From Flavobacteriales bacterium (lineage in GTDB: Bacteria; Bacteroidota; Bacteroidia; Flavobacteriales_D; UBA2798), in NCBI GenBank assembly GCA_044360245.1, contig JBIKKU010000001.1, positions 1 through 54,425 of the forward strand: a stretch of DNA of 54,425 bases. Direction: 5' to 3'. Under the pieces are notes generated by a model. The model searched no databases and was not told where the DNA came from. It was given only the letters and a program-made list of their open reading frames with translations. The translations under genes were made by a program, and so were the position numbers. Shown here piece by piece: positions 1-8,761 of the stretch (positions are counted from its first letter, which is position 1; the number at the start of each line of letters is the position of its first letter).

Positions 1-2061
1 TTTCTTATTGACCGAATCTTTTTTCTGAACAGGATCTGTTTTCTGTTCCACTTTTACAACCTCTTTTTCGTAAGAAGGTTTGATGTCATCTTCAAAACGG
101 TAATGCATGATGTCGATCATTCCCGAATCAGGCACCATTTCCTGCAATGGATTTTCGGGTTTTACGACATTGTCTTTTTTGCCAACGGAATCTTTCGGTG
201 CATTTTGCTGTTGCTGTTTTGCAAGCGCCATGCGTTGGTTGTAACGGTATTGCGTTTCCTGCAAAGCTGTGTTTAGCGGAACATCTTTTTTTACCGTTCC
301 ATACAAAAACGTGTACTTGCCTTCGAGCAGAACCAACATACCATACTGACCGGTTTTTTCCACCAAATCGATTTCGAGAATATTGGTATTGTAATTCGTA
401 AGCGGTGTTGTTCTTGTGAAGTATTTGTAATGCACCGCGGTATCAATGTAAGCAATGGTAGAATCATATAATCCTGCATAACGATTGATGACGCCATTTT
501 CATCGCTTAAAAAAGTATAATTCAAGGTATCCAATTGCGATGGACTCGTTTCGTCGACGTTTGGTGTTTGCGTAATGCGTTTTAAAAATCGATTGCGCTT
601 TTGCACATCGTAAACAAAAATATCGCGGTTAAGGTTGGATGGTTTCACTTTCGGATTGCGACCAATGGTATCGCTTTCGCGGTTGGAAGAAAAAATCACG
701 CCTTGATCTTTGTGCACGAATTTGGGATGCAAATCATCATAAATATCATTCGTCAATTGCTCCAAAGCACCCGTTGTGGGTTTAAGCAAATATAGATCGG
801 TTTGTCCATCCGAAACACCCGACAAAACCACCGACTTCCCATCGGAGGAATAATCGAAACTCAAAATTTTATCGAGTTTACCGATTACTTTTTTCGTCAT
901 CGATTCATCATCGAGCGCATAAATCGTGAAATACAATTCCCCTTTTTTCTCCACGGCAATAGCAAGCGCGTTTCCACTTGGATGCCATCCCAAAACCGGA
1001 TAAGAATAATCATTCAAACGGTTTAACTTCTGCTCGCCTTTTAAAATTCTCTTGCGCTTATTGGTTTGTAAATCGTGCAACCAGATTTTATACTGACCCA
1101 TTTCGTTGGAGACATAGGCAATGTATCGTCCCGTTGGATTGATTTTGTATTGGTAATACACCACCGTTTTTTTGGTTTTCACCGGATATGCTTCCAATGA
1201 AATTTTACCAAGATTCATGTCATCGGCAGCAAATCGTTTGCGGTAATAGGCGATGTAATCAACCGACAGCGTTCTGAAACTTGCGCCCAACACATACAAA
1301 AATCCATTCTCTACACTTCTGGAGATACGCGTCATGTAAAGAATATTCGGAATCTGCTGCATACCGTATACCTCAGCGATGTAATTCCACATGGCGTGAC
1401 CGGCATATTTGGCATCCAAACCTTCGGTGCGGTAGAAGCGATTGTATTTTCCACTCATGACTCCGTCCTTCACATAGCCTTCGGTTTCAACACTCCAGGG
1501 CTCGGAAACCCACGACACAAAACCGTGCTGGAACCAATCCGGCAATGTCATGAGCGTGGAATTTTTCAAAACATCACGCCAATTACTGCCATACATGTAG
1601 TTGTTCAACAACACATAAGCAATACCACCGCGAATTTGTGCTTCCAGTTTTTTATGATCGCCTTCGTAAAACAAAAACACCTTCGATCCCGCAATGCGCG
1701 TAACCCCACCAATGTTGTACATCTCATCGCCGTTCAGACCAATATTGCTTTGGCGGAATTGCGATTGAGAATTGTACACCACAAATTCAATTTTCTCCTC
1801 GAGCTGAAACTCAAACATCTTTTCAATGTCGGCCAAATGTTTATGCGCAGCCTGAGCAATATAGAGCGAGTGGTTTTTACCACCCATGGTATAATAAATT
1901 TTGAAACGCTCGTAGTTCTGAGACATCCAGGTAAAGCCATTGTATTGCACACGGTTTTTTCCAAAGGTCATTTGCGAACCATTGTAAAACTGCGCTGAAG
2001 CATCGCCCGAAAGCAACAAAACCAGCAAAGGCAGAACCAGAAGTGAAAATAAATATCTCAT
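1..2061 (-). CDS. secreted TolB-like (PD40/WD40-like beta-propeller repeat) protein, N-terminal 687 aa; C-terminus lies beyond the left window edge
   Basis: Absent from the ORF track because it has no stop in the window. The minus frame is open from ATG 2061..2059 down to base 1. Hand translation starts MRYLFSLLVLPLLVLLLSGDASAQFYNGSQMTFGKNRVQY (signal peptide) and contains PD40-type strings such as NPTGRYIAYVSNEMGQYKIW. Plus-strand ORFs here (e.g. 1396..1998) are antisense shadows. Confidence 0.8.
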   Translation of the reverse strand, partial: MRYLFSLLVLPLLVLLLSGDASAQFYNGSQMTFGKNRVQYNGFTWMSQNYERFKIYYTMGGKNHSLYIAQAAHKHLADIEKMFEFQLEEKIEFVVYNSQSQFRQSNIGLNGDEMYNIGGVTRIAGSKVFLFYEGDHKKLEAQIRGGIAYVLLNNYMYGSNWRDVLKNSTLMTLPDWFQHGFVSWVSEPWSVETEGYVKDGVMSGKYNRFYRTEGLDAKYAGHAMWNYIAEVYGMQQIPNILYMTRISRSVENGFLYVLGASFRTLSVDYIAYYRKRFAADDMNLGKISLEAYPVKTKKTVVYYQYKINPTGRYIAYVSNEMGQYKIWLHDLQTNKRKRILKGEQKLNRLNDYSYPVLGWHPSGNALAIAVEKKGELYFTIYALDDESMTKKVIGKLDKILSFDYSSDGKSVVLSGVSDGQTDLYLLKPTTGALEQLTNDIYDDLHPKFVHKDQGVIFSSNRESDTIGRNPKVKPSNLNRDIFVYDVQKRNRFLKRITQTPNVDETSPSQLDTLNYTFLSDENGVINRYAGLYDSTIAYIDTAVHYKYFTRTTPLTNYNTNILEIDLVEKTGQYGMLVLLEGKYTFLYGTVKKDVPLNTALQETQYRYNQRMALAKQQQQNAPKDSVGKKDNVVKPENPLQEMVPDSGMIDIMHYRFEDDIKPSYEKEVVKVEQKTDPVQKKDSVNKK

Positions 2062-2130
2062 GCCGAAAGACTTGTAAATATAACTAAATAAGGGCAATTC
2101 TTAGTATTCTTGCAGCCTTAAACTTAGGTA

Positions 2131-2772
2131 ATGGTTCAGATTAAAATCTTTACGTTCAACCCCTTCTACGAGAACACCTATGTGCTTTGGGACGAGACCA
2201 AAGAAGCCATCATCATCGATCCGGGTTGTTACGACGCAGAAGAAAAAGCCGAACTACGCAGTTTCATTGAAAAAGAGGGACTAAAACCTGTCCGACTCAT
2301 CAATACACACGCACACATCGATCATGTCCTTGGCAATGCTTTTGTCGCCAAAACCTGGTCGCTTGAACTTTACATGCACCAAGCAGATCTCGTCACCTTA
2401 CACAGCCTGAGCAATTATGCGCATTTGTTCGGACTAAACGGACCGGAGCCTTCGCCTGAGCCTGCGCATTTTCTGGAAGAAGGAGACTACGTTACTTTCG
2501 GAAACACCGAAATGGAAGTTTTGTTCGTACCCGGACACGCTCCCGGTCATATCGCTTTGGTGCACCACGAGCAACGCTTTACCATTGCCGGCGATGTGTT
2601 GTTTAAAGGAAGCATCGGAAGAGTTGATTTACCGGGCGGTTCCATGGAGGTATTGCTCAAAAGCATCCGCGAAAAATTATTTCCGCTAGGCGATGATTAC
2701 ATCGTGTTCCCGGGGCATGGTCCATCCACAAGCATCCGCGAAGAACGCTTGCACAATCCGTTTTTTCAATAA
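2131..2772 (+). CDS. MBL-fold metallo-hydrolase (glyoxalase II-like)
   Basis: 213-aa ORF with the HxHxDH motif (THAHIDH), a later PGHAPGH and a C-terminal FPGHGP, typical of metallo-beta-lactamase-fold hydrolases. Confidence 0.9.
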   Translation: MVQIKIFTFNPFYENTYVLWDETKEAIIIDPGCYDAEEKAELRSFIEKEGLKPVRLINTHAHIDHVLGNAFVAKTWSLELYMHQADLVTLHSLSNYAHLFGLNGPEPSPEPAHFLEEGDYVTFGNTEMEVLFVPGHAPGHIALVHHEQRFTIAGDVLFKGSIGRVDLPGGSMEVLLKSIREKLFPLGDDYIVFPGHGPSTSIREERLHNPFFQ

Positions 2773-4061
2773 GCTTTGGACAAGTTCAACTGATGTAAAA
2801 ACACATCACGCCATCCTTTCCATTTTCCTTCATCACTGAGCGTTTCGTTGTGCCATAAAAACACAGGAAAGGCCCCGAATTGTTGGGCTTCCCGATGCAA
2901 ACGCGTTGAAACAATTTTTGCTTCTTCGGGCGAAAGTTTCATGTATTCGTTTAAAGTTCCATCCATGGCCGCCAGCGGAATACACTCCAATCCCAAAGTG
3001 GTTTCATGAGGTAAATCGTAAAACAAAAAAGGTAAACAAGTGCCTGCACGAAAACCATAATGTCCGGCATAACCAATGCTAAAATCGCGGTGAACACCAT
3101 TCTGCTGGAGTTCGCGAAAAGAATCGGGCAAGCGAAAACGCAAAAAATGAAAACGCGCCAAATGCACAGGATTTCCGGTGATTCCCGACAAGCGCTGAAT
3201 TTCGGTTTTTTGTTTTCCGGAATCGTCGTGTGAAAAATAAGAAGGGTGAATGCCCAATTCAGACCACTGATTTAAATCGCGAATGAGTGCTTGCAAAGCA
3301 GGATGAGCATAATGCGTGTTGCGGTCCTGTTTCGTGCGATCGCCCAAAAGAAAAAAGAAAATCACTTTTGCTTTTCCGGCAGCAGATGCGCGAATAAAAT
3401 CATAGGTATCAAACGGATCTTTTTCCAATCCGTTCAACACTCTTCTTCTACGTTTGAACAATTGAAAATTTCCGCGCAATAGGTCGCGGGTGCTTACCAA
3501 AAATTGCAAACCTGCACTTTTGTGACGGTAGGCCCAGGCATGATCAACGTCAATGGTCATGAGCATTTCGGCAGGTACAGCCTGCGTTTCCAACTGCCAT
3601 CCATGTTGTTTCAACACCTGAAGGAAGTAGGCCACTTGATGTTCGGCAACAGCTTTATCCAATACACCTAATCGGTACAACAAGGAAAATTCAAACGGAA
3701 ATCTTCCATGCGGATCACGCACCGGATTGGCATATTCTTCATAACGCGAAAGCATCCAAAAAAGCGAAGCAAAAACATCATAAGACAAATCGCCTCCGGT
3801 TGGAAAAAACAAGGGAATTTCTTCGTGATGGATGTACTCCGGATCTTCATGACGCAAGGTCTTTTCCGACAACAATCCATCGGGAACAACCTGAAAACAC
3901 TGCGGAATGTCGATGGTGGAATAATTGATTCGCAAACCATGGAAGTGTTGGATATCTTCGGTTTGTGTGGTTATCCGTGCATTCGAAATCCCCATTCTGC
4001 GGGCGAGTTCCTGCACGGCATACGACAAGCGCGGAGTGATATGTTCGCAGAAAACGATCAC
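2766..4061 (-). CDS. conserved Bacteroidota protein, polysaccharide deacetylase-like (function uncertain)
   Basis: Long ORF. The track start at 4088 is TTG. A GTG at 4061 overlaps the wecB stop as GTGA and gives MIVFCEHITPRLSY..., an N-terminus I recall from deacetylase-like proteins of this phylum. No signal peptide. Confidence 0.6.
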   Translation of the reverse strand: MIVFCEHITPRLSYAVQELARRMGISNARITTQTEDIQHFHGLRINYSTIDIPQCFQVVPDGLLSEKTLRHEDPEYIHHEEIPLFFPTGGDLSYDVFASLFWMLSRYEEYANPVRDPHGRFPFEFSLLYRLGVLDKAVAEHQVAYFLQVLKQHGWQLETQAVPAEMLMTIDVDHAWAYRHKSAGLQFLVSTRDLLRGNFQLFKRRRRVLNGLEKDPFDTYDFIRASAAGKAKVIFFFLLGDRTKQDRNTHYAHPALQALIRDLNQWSELGIHPSYFSHDDSGKQKTEIQRLSGITGNPVHLARFHFLRFRLPDSFRELQQNGVHRDFSIGYAGHYGFRAGTCLPFLFYDLPHETTLGLECIPLAAMDGTLNEYMKLSPEEAKIVSTRLHREAQQFGAFPVFLWHNETLSDEGKWKGWRDVFLHQLNLSKAY

Positions 4062-5206
4062 GCTAAATGACGAAGGATTTGTGCACAAATGGATACTGCA
4101 GCTTTTCCATCACCATACAAAGCAGGCATGGCAGCCATATTCGTTTGCAACAAGAGCTCAGCCTGCGCAACAATTTTTTCGCGGTGATGTCCCGCCAATA
4201 AAGCCGCACCTACTTCGAGCAATTCCACCCATTCGGTTTCGGGACGAAGAATGAGACAAGGCTTTCCGAAATAGTACGCTTCTTTTTGCACACCACCCGA
4301 ATCGGTAAACACCATGCGGCAATGTTTTTCGAGTGCAGTCATTTCCAAAAACGAAACAGGTGGAACCAGCACTAAACGAGGTTCGGCATCCATGCGTTTT
4401 TTCAGTTCGGAATACACTTCGAGCGATAAGTTTTTTTGCGTACGCGGATGAATGGGGAACAAAACAGGTAAGTTGTATTTTTCAATGAAGTCCATTACTC
4501 CATGCAAAATTCCCGACATGCGTTCCGGATGATCGGTATTGAAATCGCGGTGCACCGTAAGCAACACAAAATTTCCACTTTTGAGGTGATGCTTCTGAAA
4601 CACCTCAACGTGCGATTCAGCACGATCGGCAAAATACAAGCTGTTATCATACATCACATCCCCGCACAAAGAAACCAAGGGATGATCGGCAGAGTATGGT
4701 CCGGCGTAATCAACATCAAAACCCTCTCTTCGAAGATTGTCGATACCCTGTTTGGTGGGAACAAACAACATCGTCGACAAATGATCGCAAGTAATGCGGT
4801 TCACTTCTTCGGGCATTCGTTTGTTATAGGAGCGCAAACCCGCTTCGACATGCACAATAGGCAGAAAGTGTCGCGAAGCCATAATTGATGCAGCAAGCGT
4901 AGAATTCGTATCGCCATACACCAGCATCACATCGGGTTGCTCTTTTTGGATAATGTCATCAATGCCGGTTATCATCATGGCCAATTGTTCGGCGTGACTT
5001 CCACCACCTACTTTCATTTGATGATGTGGCTGAGGAATTCCAAGTTCACGAAAAAACACCGCCGACATGTTTTCGTCGTAATGCTGACCGGTATGCAAAA
5101 TCACCTCCTGAAGTTGATCCGGAAATTTTTCGGCAATGGCCCTGGAAATGGCAGATGATTTGATGATTTGTGGTCGCGCACCAACCACATTGATGATTTT
5201 TTTCAT
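4058..5206 (-). CDS. wecB: UDP-N-acetylglucosamine 2-epimerase (non-hydrolysing)
   Basis: 382 aa. N-terminus MKKIINVVGARPQIIKSSAI, plus YGDTNSTLA, HVEAGLRS and TDSGGVQKEA motifs characteristic of WecB/MnaA epimerases. Confidence 0.92.
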   Translation of the reverse strand: MKKIINVVGARPQIIKSSAISRAIAEKFPDQLQEVILHTGQHYDENMSAVFFRELGIPQPHHQMKVGGGSHAEQLAMMITGIDDIIQKEQPDVMLVYGDTNSTLAASIMASRHFLPIVHVEAGLRSYNKRMPEEVNRITCDHLSTMLFVPTKQGIDNLRREGFDVDYAGPYSADHPLVSLCGDVMYDNSLYFADRAESHVEVFQKHHLKSGNFVLLTVHRDFNTDHPERMSGILHGVMDFIEKYNLPVLFPIHPRTQKNLSLEVYSELKKRMDAEPRLVLVPPVSFLEMTALEKHCRMVFTDSGGVQKEAYYFGKPCLILRPETEWVELLEVGAALLAGHHREKIVAQAELLLQTNMAAMPALYGDGKAAVSICAQILRHLA

Positions 5207-5904
5207 GTTTTGAGCAGCCCTTGATCGGCGAAGCTAAAATAGCCTGTTTCCGCAACAATGAGGTGATCCAGCACAGGTATCTCCAAAATTTTTCCTGCTT
5301 CTTGCAAACGCTCGGTTAAGCGGATATCTTCCTGACTTGGACTAAGGTTCCCCGAAGGGTGATTGTGAGTGACAATTACCGAACTCGCGCCTCGGTTAAT
5401 GGCATGTTTAAACAGCAAACGCGTATCCACCACGGTACCGGAGATTCCACCCATGCTTAGGCGTTGCATCCCCAGAATTTGATTGGCGCGATTGAGATGC
5501 ACCACATGAAATTCCTCGTGTGGCAGATCCGATAAATGATGGCGCACATGATCAAACACATCCCTGCTCGATCCAATTTTCACCCTGGTTTCGGGCACAG
5601 CCTCCCGATAACGTCTACCCAATTCAAATGCCGCTACAATACTGATGGCCTTGGCTTGACCAATCCCTTTAAACTGACAGAGCTCTTCAACACTCATTTT
5701 TCCCAACTTGTGCAATTGGTTCGAAGCCGCCTCGTGCAAAATGCGTCGCGATAAATCCACCACGGTTTCCTTTCCGTTTCCCGTCACCAACAATATGGCC
5801 AGGAGTTCGGCATCGCTTAAGGCTTTTTTGCCTTCATTGAGCAGTCGCTCACGCGGACGATCATTGGGTGCCCAAGACTTCAGACTTAGTTTCTTTTGTT
5901 CCAT
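5203..5904 (-). CDS. radC: RadC-family JAMM/MPN domain protein
   Basis: 233 aa. PRERLL N-terminal motif, helix-hairpin-helix GIGQAKA, and the JAMM motif HNHPSG...PSQEDI. Its stop overlaps the wecB start by 4 nt (ATGA). Confidence 0.92.
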   Translation of the reverse strand: MEQKKLSLKSWAPNDRPRERLLNEGKKALSDAELLAILLVTGNGKETVVDLSRRILHEAASNQLHKLGKMSVEELCQFKGIGQAKAISIVAAFELGRRYREAVPETRVKIGSSRDVFDHVRHHLSDLPHEEFHVVHLNRANQILGMQRLSMGGISGTVVDTRLLFKHAINRGASSVIVTHNHPSGNLSPSQEDIRLTERLQEAGKILEIPVLDHLIVAETGYFSFADQGLLKT

Positions 5905-5981
5905 GCTTCAAAAAAAACACATGTCATGGAAATGAAAAATGAAATGATTTCCTCAGATAACAGTTCGGCTTCAATAGCCAC

Positions 5982-6009
5982 AAAAAAAAATCCCGCCTTT
6001 GGGGCGGGA
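5982..6009 (-). terminator. rho-independent terminator downstream of rpsT
   Basis: On the minus strand: UCCCGCC-CCAAA-GGCGGGA hairpin (5991..6009) followed by a run of nine U (plus-strand A-run 5982..5990), 23 nt after the rpsT stop. Confidence 0.7.
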
Positions 6010-6031
6010 CTTTCTTCAAACAATGTATTTG

Positions 6032-6289
6032 TTATTTCGCAAGAGCATTCACGTGAAGGTGAAGCTTGGATTTCAGGTTAGCAGCTTTGTTCTTGTGGAT
6101 GATATTGCGTTTTGCAAGTTTGTCCAAAAGACCAAAAACTTTGTTCAGCATTCCGGCAGCTTCCTTCTTATTGGTGCTGGTACGCAAAGTTTTCACCGCG
6201 TTACGGGTTGTTTTGTGGATGTAACGGTTGCGAAGACGCTTTGCATCGTTAGAGCGTATACGCTTGATAGCTGACTTGTGGTTTGCCAT
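6032..6289 (-). CDS. rpsT: 30S ribosomal protein S20
   Basis: [23 protein letters not shown]... is a classic S20 N-terminus. ATG is at 6289. The 110-aa ORF-track form extends upstream into the tRNA gene and is not credible. Confidence 0.93.
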   Translation of the reverse strand: MANHKSAIKRIRSNDAKRLRNRYIHKTTRNAVKTLRTSTNKKEAAGMLNKVFGLLDKLAKRNIIHKNKAANLKSKLHLHVNALAK

Positions 6290-6332
6290 TTTGTTTTCTT
6301 TTAAAGCAACGGTTTCCCGTATATTTTTTTTG

Positions 6333-6404
<72 letters not shown>

Positions 6405-6424
6405 ATCCCTTCATTTTGGGAGTG

Positions 6425-6432
6425 CAAATGTA
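6425..6432 (-). promoter_or_regulatory. candidate Bacteroidota -7 promoter box (TACATTTG) for tRNA-Glu/rpsT
   Basis: Perfect TAnnTTTG on the minus strand, 20 nt upstream of the mature tRNA 5' end. Confidence 0.45.
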
Positions 6433-6483
6433 ATAACAAATTCTAATTTCAAAACAATTTCACACAAAAAAATGTGCAAAAAA

Positions 6484-7176
6484 TCAGAAATCATCGGAGT
6501 CGGCCTGGAACTTAAATCCAAGTCTTTTCCCCGTTTTTATGGCCATATTGTCACTTAACTCCTTCATTTCCATAACACTAACCTCCTTAATCATATCATA
6601 AGGCGGGGTGTAGAGGTCGAAATCGATGGTGTAGAGGATAATGGACTCGCAAATGGCTTCTAATTTTTCCGGATTCAATTCGGCATTGATGAAATCGTTG
6701 TATAAAAATCCCAACTGACGTTTCCCCTGCACCATGAAATGATTTTCGCGGTTGATGAAAATACGTGCCACCAAATAACCCAAATCGTTATAGCGGTTGT
6801 ATTTGAATGAATCGGCCAAAAAATTGAAGACATGAATCACACCACAATACGCACGCGAAGGGTCTTCCTTGAGGTAAGAAGTCTTCCACAAGGGATTGTC
6901 CTGATCGAATAAAAACACATTGGTATGCATGTGGAATACCAAAGCATCGCCTGCAACCTGTAACTGACCCTCAAACTCTCCTTTGTCGGAATAGGCCACT
7001 TTCAGCCTTTGGTCAAACTTCGACGTATCGGATGCCAATCGCTTGGACATACCATCGAGCACTTTTTTTAGTTCTGCAAATTGCAGTTTGGTGTGATGAT
7101 ACACGTCTTGTTTCACCGAAGATTTCTCCTTCAGCGATTGAAGAATAAGATGATAAGGGTCTGGTTGCTGATTCAT
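6484..7176 (-). CDS. conserved hypothetical cytoplasmic protein, translationally linked to proS
   Basis: 230-aa ORF with ordinary composition and no signal peptide. Its ATG is 2 nt after the proS stop. I recognise no motif. Confidence 0.75.
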   Translation of the reverse strand: MNQQPDPYHLILQSLKEKSSVKQDVYHHTKLQFAELKKVLDGMSKRLASDTSKFDQRLKVAYSDKGEFEGQLQVAGDALVFHMHTNVFLFDQDNPLWKTSYLKEDPSRAYCGVIHVFNFLADSFKYNRYNDLGYLVARIFINRENHFMVQGKRQLGFLYNDFINAELNPEKLEAICESIILYTIDFDLYTPPYDMIKEVSVMEMKELSDNMAIKTGKRLGFKFQADSDDF

Positions 7177-7178
7177 GT

Positions 7179-8654
7179 TTAATAAGCTCTAGCGAACAAT
7201 ACGCGACCTTTGGAAGGTTTTCCGGTGACCATACAAACACCACTTTCTTCCTCGCGATCTAAAGGTATACAACGAATCGTTGCTTTTGTTTCCTCCTTGA
7301 TGCGTTCTTCCGTTTCCGGCGTACCATCCCAATGCGCAAGAATAAATCCTCCTTTGTCGTCGAGCAATTTCTTGAACTCCTCGTAAGAATCTACTTTATG
7401 CGTGTTTTCTTCGCGATGTTTGAGTGCCTTTTGGTAGAGGTTTTCCTGAATTTCTTCAAGAAGATTTTCGATATAATCGGCAAGGTTTTCGTGCGAAATC
7501 ACTTTTTTCTCGCGGGTGTCGCGACGTGCAATTTCAACGGTTCCGTTTTCGTAATCGCGCGGACCAATGGCAATGCGCACAGGAACACCTTTCAATTCGT
7601 ATTCGGCAAATTTCCAACCCGGTTTATTTTTATCGGAATCATCGTATTTCACGCTGATGCCTTTTTTCTGTAAGTCAGCTTTAAACTGATTGCAACGCTC
7701 CGAAATTTTCTTCAACTCTTCATCGCCTTTGTAAATCGGAACAATCACCACTTGCAAAGGAGCGAGCTTTGGAGGCAATACCAATCCCTGATCATCGGAA
7801 TGGGTCATGATCAATGCTCCCATCAAACGGGTTGAAACTCCCCATGAAGTTGCCCAAACATAATCGAGTTTCCCTTCGCGGTCGGCGAATTTCACTTCAA
7901 ATGCTTTGGCGAAATTTTGTCCCAAAAAATGTGATGTACCGGCCTGAAGCGCTTTTCCATCTTGCATCAACGCTTCGATGCAATAGGTTTCTTCGGCACC
8001 GGCAAATCGTTCGTTAGGTGTTTTGATCCCTTTCACCACCGGCATAGCCAAGAATTTTTCAGCAAATTCGGCATACACGTCCAACATGGTTTCTGTTTCC
8101 TTGATGGCTTCATCGCGTGTAGCATGTGCGGTGTGGCCTTCCTGCCAAAGGAATTCTGCGGTGCGCAAAAACAAACGTGTACGCATTTCCCAACGCACCA
8201 CATTGGCCCATTGGTTGACCAGAATCGGAAGATCGCGGTAAGATTGAATCCATCCACGGTAGGTGTTCCAAATGATGGTTTCGGAGGTAGGACGAACGAC
8301 CAATTCCTCTTCGAGTTTAGCGTCCGGATCGACGATAACTCCTTTACCATTGGGGTCATTTTTAAGGCGATAATGCGTCACAACGGCACATTCTTTCGCA
8401 AAACCTTCTACATGCGAAGCTTCCTTGCTTAGGTAAGATTTTGGAATGAATAAGGGGAAATAAGCGTTAACGTGACCGGTATCCTTGAACATTTTGTCGA
8501 GGGTGGCTTGCATTTTTTCCCAAATGGCATAACCATGGGGTTTGATGACCATACATCCTCTAACGTCCGAATGCTCAGCCATATCCGCTTCTACAACCAA
8601 GTCGTTGTACCAGTCCGAATAATTCTTTTCTCTTGGGGTAATTACCTTACTCAT
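7179..8654 (-). CDS. proS: proline--tRNA ligase (archaeal/eukaryote-like type)
   Basis: [20 protein letters not shown]... start at ATG 8654, class II synthetase motifs, and a C-terminal ...VLFARAY typical of this ProRS type. The longer track form starts at a TTG upstream of the predicted promoter box. Confidence 0.95.
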   Translation of the reverse strand: MSKVITPREKNYSDWYNDLVVEADMAEHSDVRGCMVIKPHGYAIWEKMQATLDKMFKDTGHVNAYFPLFIPKSYLSKEASHVEGFAKECAVVTHYRLKNDPNGKGVIVDPDAKLEEELVVRPTSETIIWNTYRGWIQSYRDLPILVNQWANVVRWEMRTRLFLRTAEFLWQEGHTAHATRDEAIKETETMLDVYAEFAEKFLAMPVVKGIKTPNERFAGAEETYCIEALMQDGKALQAGTSHFLGQNFAKAFEVKFADREGKLDYVWATSWGVSTRLMGALIMTHSDDQGLVLPPKLAPLQVVIVPIYKGDEELKKISERCNQFKADLQKKGISVKYDDSDKNKPGWKFAEYELKGVPVRIAIGPRDYENGTVEIARRDTREKKVISHENLADYIENLLEEIQENLYQKALKHREENTHKVDSYEEFKKLLDDKGGFILAHWDGTPETEERIKEETKATIRCIPLDREEESGVCMVTGKPSKGRVLFARAY

Positions 8655-8699
8655 AATGACAATGATGTGACAATTTGATGGTACATTTTTTGTACTTTG

Positions 8700-8707
8700 C
8701 AAAAGTA
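8700..8707 (-). promoter_or_regulatory. candidate -7 promoter box (TACTTTTG) for proS
   Basis: Perfect TAnnTTTG on the minus strand, 45 nt upstream of ATG 8654. Confidence 0.4.
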
Positions 8708-8761
8708 ACAATTAATCCGTCTTTGCGTTCTATAGATAAGCTTTCACGGTAATTCCAGTAT

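Noticed and set aside
1396-1998. A 200-aa + strand ORF and other short ORFs listed in 147..2000.
   Set aside because: They lie antisense to or out of frame with the uninterrupted minus-strand frame 1..2061, which has a clear signal peptide and PD40-like repeats. Their sequences are compositionally odd.
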